Below, in pieces: positions 47,175 through 56,088 of a DNA stretch of 64,000 nt. A model generated the notes under the pieces. The model was not told the origin of the DNA. It was given only the letters and a program-made list of their open reading frames with translations, and searched no databases. The stretch spans positions 10,364 to 74,363 of the forward strand of contig CANJUQ010000007.1 in NCBI GenBank assembly GCA_947478175.1. The letters are read 5' to 3'. Origin of the DNA: Thiotrichales bacterium (lineage in GTDB: Bacteria > Pseudomonadota > Gammaproteobacteria > Francisellales > CACEW01). Within the stretch, counting starts at the first letter, position 1. The number at the start of each line of letters is the position of its first letter. Both the position numbers and the translations under genes were made by a program.

Positions 47175-47463
47175 TTATTAATTCCTGCTGGAGAATTATT
47201 TTTTATTTGAAGGGGGAGTTCTGAGAAGGGTTTATTTTTAGCGAGAGAGATTTTTTTAATTTGAGCATTGAGTTTTGTATTAAGAATTCTGAGCTCTTCA
47301 ACTTGCTGTTCAATCGCGCGTAGTTCTTGCGGTTTCAATGTCAGAGATATCCATAGCTAAATCAAAAGAGGCGAGATGGTACTCTTTTTATATTCCTCTG
47401 AAAAGCCAATATACTCCGGCCCATTTTTTAGGTCTTGTCTATTTTTTCTATAGGGAAATAATT

Positions 47464-48087
47464 GTGAAACGCTTAGTATTAGCTGGATTATGTATATTTT
47501 TTCTAAGTGGTTTAACCCTGGGGTTAACAGCTTGTTCGACCCAAGAAAATCAATCAGATCCCAATTTGTCTTCTAGCCACCGCGCAAGTGAACTACCTGT
47601 TTTTGTAAATGCACCCGCGATGGGAATTGAATCTATTCATAGTGGTCCTGAGATTCCCCAAACTATTTTTATTATTGCGAGACATGGGAAGATCTTGCAT
47701 CGCTATGACACAGATCAGACCTTTGATCAGATGTTCATGACAGGGCTTGAAAATGGATTTTCGAGTATGAAAATTCCCGTTAATAATTTATCTCCGTATT
47801 TATTAACCACGACAATTGATAATTTAAAAATTTTTCATAGCTCAGAAATTCCGGGCGTTGATAATTTATCTGGAGAATTACAAGCGCATTATTTTATCAA
47901 GCTCAATGGTATTTTAATTTGGAACCGGAGTTTCCAATCGACGGCCAATTTTTCTTATCAAAATCCCGAAGATGAAAGCCGTGCTGTGTCGGGTGTTTTG
48001 CAGTTTTTGATTAATAACAATATTGCGATGTTTGCGAATCAATTTAGCCAGGATTGCACGGTGAAAGAGGATGGGGTTCAGTGTTGA
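47464..48087 (+). CDS. Hypothetical lipoprotein
   Basis: A GTG start gives VKRLVLAGLCIFFLSGLTLGLTAC-S, a signal peptide plus lipobox (LTAC). The track ORF start at 47338 adds an implausible 42-aa extension. Confidence 0.6.
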   Translation: MKRLVLAGLCIFFLSGLTLGLTACSTQENQSDPNLSSSHRASELPVFVNAPAMGIESIHSGPEIPQTIFIIARHGKILHRYDTDQTFDQMFMTGLENGFSSMKIPVNNLSPYLLTTTIDNLKIFHSSEIPGVDNLSGELQAHYFIKLNGILIWNRSFQSTANFSYQNPEDESRAVSGVLQFLINNNIAMFANQFSQDCTVKEDGVQC

Positions 48088-48092
48088 AAATT

Positions 48093-48152
48093 CCCCCTCT
48101 CTGTCCCTCGGTTTCACCTTCGGGCCTGTCTCTCCCGCGAGGGGAGAGACGA
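48093..48152. repeat. Solo copy related to the inner arm of the 33548-34017 element; contains the hairpin GTCTCTCCC-GCGAG-GGGAGAGAC
   Basis: CCCCCTCTCTGTCCCT...GGGCCTGTCTCTCCCGCGAGGGG(A)GAGACGA is shared with 33917-33981. It sits between convergent genes. Confidence 0.75.
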
Positions 48153-48187
48153 TTTAAGTCACCAGTATTTAAATGCAATTTAAAAAT

Positions 48188-48970
48188 TTAAAAAGGCGAG
48201 GTTTCGCCTTTTCTCAGCGTCAAAACTTCTACGCCCTGATCTGTACATAATAAAGTATGTTCCCACTGAGCCGAGAGTGATCTGTCTTTTGTCACAGCGG
48301 TCCAGCCATCAGATAAAACCGTTACGCCATATTTCCCAGCATTGATCATGGGTTCAATCGTAAACGTCATGCCTGGTTCTAAGACCAGCCCTGTATTTTT
48401 TTCGCCGTAATGCATGACCTGAAAACCTTCTTCATGAAAGATTGACCCAATACCATGGCCGCAGAAATCACGGACAACGGAAAAATGATTTTTATGGGCA
48501 TGTTCAGCAATCACAAAACCAATATCACCCAAAGTTGTTCCTGGTTTGACAATCTCGATGCCTTTCCAAAGGCATTCATGAGTGACTCTCATTAGGCGTT
48601 GAGCCAGAACAGAAGTTTTACCTACGCCAAACATCATGCTGCTATCGCCGTGATAGCCGTCTTTAATGACAGTGATATCAATATTAATAATATCGCCATC
48701 TTTAAGTTTTTTATCCGAAGGAATCCCATGGCAAACGACATGATTGATGGACGTACAAATAGATTTTGGAAATCCCCGATAATTTAATGGCGCTGGAATA
48801 GCTTTCTGGATATTTACAATGAAATCATGGCAGAGCGTATTTAATTCATCTGTTGTTATTCCCGGTTTCACATGAGATTCAATCATTAATAAAACATCGG
48901 CAGCGAGTTGGCCGGCCACGCGCATTTTTTCTATTTCGGGGGGGGATTTAACAAAAGGGGAGGAGGGCAT
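48188..48970 (-). CDS. map: Methionine aminopeptidase, type I
   Basis: Contains VCHGIP, DIINIDITV..DGYHGD, GHGIG..FHE and the FTIEPM/EHT metal-ligand pattern. Confidence 0.96.
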   Translation of the reverse strand: MPSSPFVKSPPEIEKMRVAGQLAADVLLMIESHVKPGITTDELNTLCHDFIVNIQKAIPAPLNYRGFPKSICTSINHVVCHGIPSDKKLKDGDIINIDITVIKDGYHGDSSMMFGVGKTSVLAQRLMRVTHECLWKGIEIVKPGTTLGDIGFVIAEHAHKNHFSVVRDFCGHGIGSIFHEEGFQVMHYGEKNTGLVLEPGMTFTIEPMINAGKYGVTVLSDGWTAVTKDRSLSAQWEHTLLCTDQGVEVLTLRKGETSPF

Positions 48971-49140
48971 TGCGAGTTCTTAACTTAAAGCTCAAAAAGG
49001 CCTGGGATTATATCGATTAGGGGCGGATTGAATAGAGTGAGTAAGTGTTTTTATTGATTTTTTCAATGAGTTTTTATGGTTATTTTTATTATAAATTTAT
49101 TGGCTGTTTAGTATGTAAAATAAATTTTATATGTTTTACC

Positions 49141-49168
49141 TTGCCATAAAAAACTCGTGCATTATACT
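49141..49168 (+). promoter_or_regulatory. Near-consensus sigma70-type promoter (TTGCCA-16 nt-TATACT)
   Basis: Both hexamers were read directly. It lies about 165 nt upstream of the 69-aa ORF. There is no experimental support. Confidence 0.4.
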
Positions 49169-49334
49169 GGCCCCTCTTCGGTTGGTTCGCCGTGTCAGCG
49201 CACCAAGAAAGACCCCTCTAATAGATTGATAAATAATAAAAAACAGACTTGTCTTTCACTGAAGTTTTAGATGTTAATCAAGTGTATTTTAAGTATATTT
49301 TTTCTGATTTAGAGAGTTCGCATAGGAGGAAATC

Positions 49335-49544
49335 ATGAAACAGTTCAGAGTCTTGTCACTTTTAAGTATTTTTTGTTTATTAATGGTCGCCTGTTTTGGC
49401 GTCAGCATGTTGGCTTACCAGCAAAGTTACCAATCTTTTTATCAAATCAATGTCGATGGCACCCAAGGGAAATTAACCCCCGCTCAACAAAAAGAATATA
49501 CAGCTGAAATGAATGCGATTTATTTAAGAGATCAATTTATTTAA
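49335..49544 (+). CDS. Small (69 aa) membrane/secreted hypothetical protein
   Basis: AGGAGG lies 5-6 nt upstream of the ATG. It has an N-terminal hydrophobic segment and is followed by a strong intrinsic terminator. Confidence 0.6.
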   Translation: MKQFRVLSLLSIFCLLMVACFGVSMLAYQQSYQSFYQINVDGTQGKLTPAQQKEYTAEMNAIYLRDQFI

Positions 49545-49555
49545 GTTAGTTATTT

Positions 49556-49600
49556 AAAAAAGCCCAGTCGAAATTCAATTTAGACTGGGCTTTTTTTTTG
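49556..49600 (+). terminator. Rho-independent terminator (bidirectional shape)
   Basis: AAAAA-AGCCCAGTC-(13-nt loop)-GACTGGGCT-TTTTTTTT. Confidence 0.85.
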
Positions 49601-49656
49601 CCTCAAACTCGGTATAGTTCGCGCGCTTTTTTCTAGATATTTCGTTGAGGTTCACC

Positions 49657-50736
49657 ATGATTCCGATGATCTCGTCCCGACTAGTTTTTGAGACGGGGGA
49701 GGTCTTTCATGGATTTTCGCCGACTTGGTGCCAAGGGGTTTACTTTGGCGAAGTGGTTTTTAACACGGGGATGGTCGGTTATGTCGAGACTATGACTGAC
49801 CCGTCTTATACCGGCCAGATATTAAATTTTACTTACCCGCTGATTGGCAACTATGGCGTTCATGAAAGTTCTACTTGGGAATCTCCCAAGCCGCATGTAC
49901 ATGGTGTTTTGATTTCTGAAGTTCAGGATTTTCATGCTAGATCTTTAGGGACCCAAAAATTTTTAGACTGGTGTGAGTTTTTTAAAATTCCCCTAGTAAC
50001 AGGCATAGATACGCGCCAAGTGACTAAAGCCTTAAGAGCCAAAGGCGTTGTCTCTGGAGCTATTGTGGTCGGCGAAGAAGACCCCAAAGCTTTTTTTGAT
50101 ATCAATGAAATGGATTTAGTTGGCAAAGTATCGATCCAAACACCCCAGGATATTTATGGCGAAAACTATCAACCTGGCTGTAAAACATTAGTTTTGATTG
50201 ATTGCGGTATGAAAGAAAATATCTTGAGATGTCTTAAAAAATTTCCCATAAAAATTCGCCGCGTGCCTTATCAATATGATTTTTTAGAAGAGAATTTTGA
50301 CGCGATTTTTATTTCCAATGGTCCGGGGGATCCAGCCGTCTGTCATCGGACTATTTCTTTGGTTCGAGAAGTGATGCAAAGAAATATTCCGACGTTTGGA
50401 ATTTGTCTGGGCTCACAGATTATGGGTTTAGCGGTAGGCGCCAGTACTTATAAATTACGCTTTGGGCACCGCTCACAAAATCAGCCTTGTTTAAAAATTG
50501 GGACTGATCGATGTTTTTTAACCAGTCAGAATCATGGTTATGCCATTGCTGAAGAAAGCCTGCCTGAAGATTGGCAGGTGACTTATCGAAATCTAAACGA
50601 TGCGACCGTTCAGGGCATCGCACATAAAAACAAACCCTTTGCTTCGGTTCAATTTCATCCTGAGTCTTGTCCAGGGCCAATAGATACTTATTTTTTATTC
50701 GATGAATGGATGGAAAAAATTGGGGTTAAGTCATGA
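49657..50736 (+). CDS. carA: Carbamoyl-phosphate synthase small (glutaminase) subunit
   Basis: Contains GEVVFNTGMVGY.E..TDPSY.GQI, the GICLG catalytic Cys and an HPE motif. The ATG at 49657 is preceded by GAGG; the track start is TTG at 49645. Confidence 0.95.
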   Translation: MIPMISSRLVFETGEVFHGFSPTWCQGVYFGEVVFNTGMVGYVETMTDPSYTGQILNFTYPLIGNYGVHESSTWESPKPHVHGVLISEVQDFHARSLGTQKFLDWCEFFKIPLVTGIDTRQVTKALRAKGVVSGAIVVGEEDPKAFFDINEMDLVGKVSIQTPQDIYGENYQPGCKTLVLIDCGMKENILRCLKKFPIKIRRVPYQYDFLEENFDAIFISNGPGDPAVCHRTISLVREVMQRNIPTFGICLGSQIMGLAVGASTYKLRFGHRSQNQPCLKIGTDRCFLTSQNHGYAIAEESLPEDWQVTYRNLNDATVQGIAHKNKPFASVQFHPESCPGPIDTYFLFDEWMEKIGVKS

Positions 50737-53700
50737 GTGTAATCAATTTAAATTCAAAAAAAGTTTTGTTATTAGGCTCGGGCGGATTAAAAATTTCTCA
50801 AGCCGGCGAGTTTGATTATTCGGGTTCCCAAGCCATTAAAGCCTTAAAAGAAGAAGGCCTAAAAGTTATTTTGGTCAATCCTAATATTGCGACCATTCAG
50901 ACCGATCAAGAGATGGCCGATGAAGTTTATTTGCAGCCCCTGACCGTCGAAGTGTTAACCCAGATTATTGAAAAAGAAAAACCGGATTTTATTTTATTGG
51001 GCTTTGGTGGCCAGACAGCTTTAAATCTAGGTCTGGCTTTAGAAGAAGCCGGAGTATTAAAAAAATTTAATGTTCAGGTTTTGGGGACGTCGACAAGAGC
51101 TATCAGACTTTCTGAAGATCGAAAATTGTTTAAACAAGAGTTAGACAAAATAGAAATAAAAACAGCCAAAAGTTTTGCCATAGATAATTTACCAGATGCT
51201 TTGAAAGCGGCTGAATCAGTGGGTTACCCATTGATGATGCGTTCTGGGTTTTCTTTGGGTGGATTAGGGTCTGGCATTATTTTTGATCCAGAAAATTTAA
51301 AAATCCGTATTCAAGAAGCATTAAGTAGCGCGCCACAAATTTTGATTGAAGAAAATTTGATTGGTTGGAGTGAATTTGAATATGAAATCGTCAGGGACAA
51401 AGCAGGGAATGTCTTAACTATTTGTAATATGGAAAATCTGGATCCCATGGGAGTTCATACGGGTGAAAGTATTGTTGTCTCTCCCTCCCAGTCTTTAACA
51501 AATGAGGAATACCATTTTTTAAGAAAAATCGCCCTGACGGTTGCGAATCATTTTGAAATTATTGGTGAGTGCAATATTCAATATGCCGTGAATTTAAAAA
51601 ATTTTGATTATCGCGTGATTGAAATTAATCCTAGATTATCTCGATCTTCAGCATTGGCTTCTAAAGCGACGGGGTATCCCCTGGCTTTTGTCGCAGCCAA
51701 ATTAGCACTAGGGTTTAATTTAATTGATTTGAAAAACACCGTGACTAAAAAGACCTGTGCGTTTTTTGAACCCGCGTTAGATTACATCGTCGTGAAAATT
51801 CCCCGATGGGATATGAAAAAACTCAAGGGTGCCAAAAGACGCATTGGAACGGAGATGAAAAGCGTTGGCGAAGTGATGGCCATCGGAAGATCTTTTACAG
51901 AGGCTCTGCAAAAAGCCTTGGGGATGTTAAATATTGGGGCATCGGGTCTGACTGATTATCCTTATGAGATTTCAAATTTAGAGTCAGAGCTAGAAACAGA
52001 AATTCAATATCCGACAGATCGAAGAATCTTCGCGGTTTATCAATATTTAAAAATGGCAAATTCTCCAGAAGATAAAATTTATAAAATAAACAAAGCCCAT
52101 GACTTATCAAAAATTGACCCCTGGTTTTTGAATCAAATTCAAACCATCGTAGATTTACAAAATCAATTAGAAAAATTTTATGGAGATGACCCCGTATTCT
52201 TATTAAAATTAAAACAAGCCGGATTTTCAGATAAAGCCATTGGCCAGACCCTGGGTCAAAAAGAATCTGAGATCAGAAAAATAAGATTGGCCCATGGGAT
52301 TAAGCCTGTTGTTAAGCAAATAGATACGTTGGCGGGAGAATTTGATGCCCAGACTAATTATTTATATTTGACTTATCACGGGGCTTATCACGATGTGAAG
52401 CCGTCTGAAAAACCTATTGCCTTAGTACTAGGCTCAGGGCCGTATAGCATTGGATCGTCTGTAGAATTTGATTGGTGTGCTGTTACAACAGCTAGGCAGA
52501 TGCGAAAACTCGGTCAGCCAGTGGCCATGATTAATTCCAATCCTGAGACAGTTTCGACGGATTATGACGAATCAGATCGTTTGTATTTTGAACAGCTGAC
52601 GTTTGAGCGGATCAGTGATATTGCTGAATTTGAAAACCTAGCAGGCATTGTGGTGTCTGTGGGAGGACAAATTGCGAATAATCTGGCTATGAATTTATTT
52701 AGATCTGGCTTTAAAATTTTTGGGACCCACCCAGAAAAAATTAATCAAGCTGAAGACCGGGCTTTGTTTTCACAGATGTTGAATGATTTAAATATTGATC
52801 AGCCTGAATGGACGGCTGTAGTGAACCTGGATCAAGCAAAATTATTTGCTCAAAAAATTGGGTATCCCGTTTTAATCAGGCCCTCTTATGTTTTATCGGG
52901 AGCAGCCATGAATGTAGTTAGAACAGAAGAGGAACTGTCTGATTATTTAAAAGCGGCTGTGAAAATATCACCTGATTATCCTGTGGTGTTATCCCAATTT
53001 ATTACGGACGCAAAAGAATTAGAAATCGATGGTGTGGCTGAAAAAGGTCATGTCTGTCTTTATGCGATTGCAGAGCATATTGAGAACGCCGGGGTTCATT
53101 CAGGTGATGCGACGTTAGTATTGCCGCCTCAAAAATTATATTTAGAGACTATTAGACGGGCTAAGCAAATAACTAAAAAAATTATTAAAGCTTTAGAGAT
53201 TTCAGGGCCGTTTAATATTCAATTTATTGCGAAAAATAATGATCTGAAAGTCATCGAATGTAATGTCCGTGCGGCTCGATCTTTTCCGTTTGTGTCGAAA
53301 GTCACTGGGATTAATTTTATTGAAGTCGCAACGAAGATTTTATTGGGCTGTTATGAGCGGCAGCATTACAACACGTTAGATCTAGATTATGTGGGAGTTA
53401 AGGCCCCGCAGTTTTCTTATTCCAGATTAAAAGGCGCAAATCCAGTGGCTCATGTCGAAATGGCTTCGACCGGAGAAGTGGCTTGTTTGGGAGATAATTT
53501 GGATGAGGCGTTTTATCTGGCCATGCAGGCGTCTGATATGGTCGTTAAAGGTAAGCGGATTTTTGTGAGTATCGGCGATGAGAAAAAATCAAAATTGCTG
53601 TCTTATTTAAAAATATTATTTGATCAAGGTTGGGAATTTATTTGTACTTATGGGACCCATGAATATTTAAAACTTAATCAAATAGATTCTTCCTGTGTTT

Positions 53701-53960
53701 TCAAAGCTCATGATTCTGGCAAAATCCCGAATACGTCCAGTGTGATTATTAATCGACAAGTTGATTTGATTATTAATATTCCCAGAGGTAATCCGTCCAG
53801 TATCCATGAGACGGATGGGTTTTTAATTAGAAGACTGGCGATTGATCATCATGTGCCGTTAATTACTAACGTTCAGATTGCGCAGCAGCTTTTATTGTCT
53901 CTTTCGAAATTTTATCAAAAGCCAATCGCTGTCAGATCTTTGAGAGAAATAACGAAATAA
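50733..53960 (+). CDS. carB: Carbamoyl-phosphate synthase large subunit
   Basis: A 1075-aa protein with duplicated ATP-grasp halves (GSGGLKISQAGEFDYSGSQA / GSGPYSIGSSVEFDWC) and an MGS-like C-terminus. There is an ATGA overlap with carA. Confidence 0.97.
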   Translation: MSVINLNSKKVLLLGSGGLKISQAGEFDYSGSQAIKALKEEGLKVILVNPNIATIQTDQEMADEVYLQPLTVEVLTQIIEKEKPDFILLGFGGQTALNLGLALEEAGVLKKFNVQVLGTSTRAIRLSEDRKLFKQELDKIEIKTAKSFAIDNLPDALKAAESVGYPLMMRSGFSLGGLGSGIIFDPENLKIRIQEALSSAPQILIEENLIGWSEFEYEIVRDKAGNVLTICNMENLDPMGVHTGESIVVSPSQSLTNEEYHFLRKIALTVANHFEIIGECNIQYAVNLKNFDYRVIEINPRLSRSSALASKATGYPLAFVAAKLALGFNLIDLKNTVTKKTCAFFEPALDYIVVKIPRWDMKKLKGAKRRIGTEMKSVGEVMAIGRSFTEALQKALGMLNIGASGLTDYPYEISNLESELETEIQYPTDRRIFAVYQYLKMANSPEDKIYKINKAHDLSKIDPWFLNQIQTIVDLQNQLEKFYGDDPVFLLKLKQAGFSDKAIGQTLGQKESEIRKIRLAHGIKPVVKQIDTLAGEFDAQTNYLYLTYHGAYHDVKPSEKPIALVLGSGPYSIGSSVEFDWCAVTTARQMRKLGQPVAMINSNPETVSTDYDESDRLYFEQLTFERISDIAEFENLAGIVVSVGGQIANNLAMNLFRSGFKIFGTHPEKINQAEDRALFSQMLNDLNIDQPEWTAVVNLDQAKLFAQKIGYPVLIRPSYVLSGAAMNVVRTEEELSDYLKAAVKISPDYPVVLSQFITDAKELEIDGVAEKGHVCLYAIAEHIENAGVHSGDATLVLPPQKLYLETIRRAKQITKKIIKALEISGPFNIQFIAKNNDLKVIECNVRAARSFPFVSKVTGINFIEVATKILLGCYERQHYNTLDLDYVGVKAPQFSYSRLKGANPVAHVEMASTGEVACLGDNLDEAFYLAMQASDMVVKGKRIFVSIGDEKKSKLLSYLKILFDQGWEFICTYGTHEYLKLNQIDSSCVFKAHDSGKIPNTSSVIINRQVDLIINIPRGNPSSIHETDGFLIRRLAIDHHVPLITNVQIAQQLLLSLSKFYQKPIAVRSLREITK

Positions 53961-53990
53961 TTTAATTTAAAAATATTAGGAGTAATTCCC

Positions 53991-54914
53991 ATGGCCATTA
54001 AAAATAAAAATTCACTTAGAGATAAAAATTTGATTTCTATTGGTGAGTTAACCCGGTCTGAAATAGAAATTGTTTTATCTTTGGCTAAAAGTTTTAAGCG
54101 TCAAAAAAACCATCGATATTTAGAAAATAAAATTATTGCCATGGCTTTTTTCGAGCCGTCAACCCGAACCCGGCTGTCTTTTGAAACAGCAGTTTTAAGA
54201 TTAGCGGGGAAAGTAATTGGTTTTTCTGATACGCGAAGTACGTCTTTAGCTAAAGGCGAAAGCCTAGAAGATACGGTCAGAATGCTGAGCAGTTATGCGG
54301 ATGCAATTGTGATTCGGCATCCGGATTCTCAAAGCGCTTTCAGGGCTTCGAAAGTATCTACTGTGCCTGTTTTAAATGGCGGTGATGGAGATGGAGAGCA
54401 TCCGACTCAGACGTTATTAGATTTGTTTTCAATTTTAGAAACCCAAGGAAAAATCGATGGTTTAACCATTGGGCTTTCCGGGGATTTAAAATATGGCCGA
54501 ACAGTTCATTCTTTGGCGAAAGCGCTGAAATATTACAAAGTAAAATTAATTTTAATGTCAGATCCGTTGTTGGCTATGCCAGAAAAAATCATTCAAGAAT
54601 GCCAAGAATCTGGTTTGAAAATAGAACTCAGAGAAAAATTAGATTTAACAGAAATCGATGTTCTATACATGACCCGATATCAAAAAGAACGTTGGTCGCA
54701 TGAATTAGATGGCGTTGAGCCTTTTGTTTTAAGTGCGGCAGATTTACTTAAAGTCCCGGCACATTTTAAGATTTTGCATCCGTTACCCCGCGTGAATGAA
54801 TTATCGACGGATGTTGATTTGACACCGTATGCCTATTATTTCCAGCAGGCTGAAAATGGATTATTTGTCAGGCAGGCGTTGTTGAGTTTAATTCTGTCGG
54901 ATATTAGGTTTTAA
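53991..54914 (+). CDS. pyrB: Aspartate carbamoyltransferase catalytic subunit
   Basis: Contains FFEPSTRTR, HPTQ and HPLPR motifs. No pyrI follows. Confidence 0.95.
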   Translation: MAIKNKNSLRDKNLISIGELTRSEIEIVLSLAKSFKRQKNHRYLENKIIAMAFFEPSTRTRLSFETAVLRLAGKVIGFSDTRSTSLAKGESLEDTVRMLSSYADAIVIRHPDSQSAFRASKVSTVPVLNGGDGDGEHPTQTLLDLFSILETQGKIDGLTIGLSGDLKYGRTVHSLAKALKYYKVKLILMSDPLLAMPEKIIQECQESGLKIELREKLDLTEIDVLYMTRYQKERWSHELDGVEPFVLSAADLLKVPAHFKILHPLPRVNELSTDVDLTPYAYYFQQAENGLFVRQALLSLILSDIRF

Positions 54915-54926
54915 TTATTTAATTTT

Positions 54927-55862
54927 TTAATTTGTGATTTCTTTTTTGAGTTCTGACAATTTTTCAAGAGATAGTCCAGTGACTCTTCGAATGAAATTTA
55001 CATCTGTTCCTTCAAGTAGCATTTCTCGTGCTGTGAGCTCAATTCCCTGAGAAATTCCCTGAGAAATTCCTTGGGAGATGCCTTGGGAGATGCCTTCCCG
55101 TCTGCCTTTTTGAATTAATTGATCTGACAATGCCATAACGTCATCCTTATCTTGGGGTAAATGCTGTTCAATTGCTTTGACCAAGCCGTTTTCTTCAGAG
55201 AATTCGACTACGTCGGAGAGGTATTTTAATAGAGACATTCGAATTTGTGTATCGACTGATTGCAGTCCAGGTAAAATAAAGCCCAACTTTCTTTCGCAAT
55301 TTTTAAGACGAACGTGTTTTAATAATAATTCAATACTACCAATTCCTTCATGGGTCTGAATTGCTTGATCTGAGAGACTTGGTAAATCAATCAAAATAGG
55401 CTTGCCGAAATATTTTAAACTTTGCTCTGGATCTATAAAATTTTCAGATAAATCTAATTTAAAAGGCCAAGGTTTTTTTCCCTGAAAATAAACAAAACTC
55501 AAAATACCGGGTAATAACTTTTTAGGGTTTTGTTTTTTATAAGCTAAAAGCTCTGACGATTGATAATTAATTATTCTCAGCATCATGCTTTGATCAGGCG
55601 TGCTTTGATGTTCCGTATGAAACCAAAATAAAAATTCCTGATAAGAAGGCTTTCGAAATTTGGCTAGGTAAACAATATCAGCCTCGAAGGCTTGATCTGT
55701 CTTATTTTCTAGATGTTTTCCCCCTGAGGAATAAATTTGTACGGACTTCCAGTCTATCTGGGTTAATAAATCCGAAGGCAAATAAGTTTTTAAAAACGGC
55801 TCAAAGAAAGATCGTTCTGACATGAGTTTTTTAAAATTTAAATCATGATGGTTAGTGCGCAT
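54927..55862 (-). CDS. Rpn/YhgA-like (transposase_31) recombination-promoting nuclease family protein
   Basis: The N-terminus HHDLNFKKLMS...FFEPFLKTYLP..L...IDW.S...... and ADIVY are typical of the family. The C-terminal region carries a (GISQ)x4 repeat. Confidence 0.8.
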   Translation of the reverse strand: MRTNHHDLNFKKLMSERSFFEPFLKTYLPSDLLTQIDWKSVQIYSSGGKHLENKTDQAFEADIVYLAKFRKPSYQEFLFWFHTEHQSTPDQSMMLRIINYQSSELLAYKKQNPKKLLPGILSFVYFQGKKPWPFKLDLSENFIDPEQSLKYFGKPILIDLPSLSDQAIQTHEGIGSIELLLKHVRLKNCERKLGFILPGLQSVDTQIRMSLLKYLSDVVEFSEENGLVKAIEQHLPQDKDDVMALSDQLIQKGRREGISQGISQGISQGISQGIELTAREMLLEGTDVNFIRRVTGLSLEKLSELKKEITN

Positions 55863-56088
55863 TGAAGCTTATTTAGAATAAAAATTAATTTTTAATATGA
55901 GATAATTTTTAAAAATTAAAATCAATAAAAATCCATTATTTTTTTAAGTATTTATCTTGTTTAATCTGAAAAAAATTCGGCAAGATAGACCTATTAAATT
56001 TGTTTTAAAATCACCATTGAATTCCTGCATTGCTCCCCATACCATCGCCCGGTTTTTGTTCTTAGACCATTGATAGGAGGAGTGCTTC

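Noticed and set aside
47138-47338. 66-aa minus-strand ORF (MKPQELRAIEQQVEELRILNTKL...)
   Set aside because: Its 3' third is the translation of the REP copy at 47151-47174, and I see no convincing SD. A short coiled-coil protein cannot be excluded, but the support is too weak to call.
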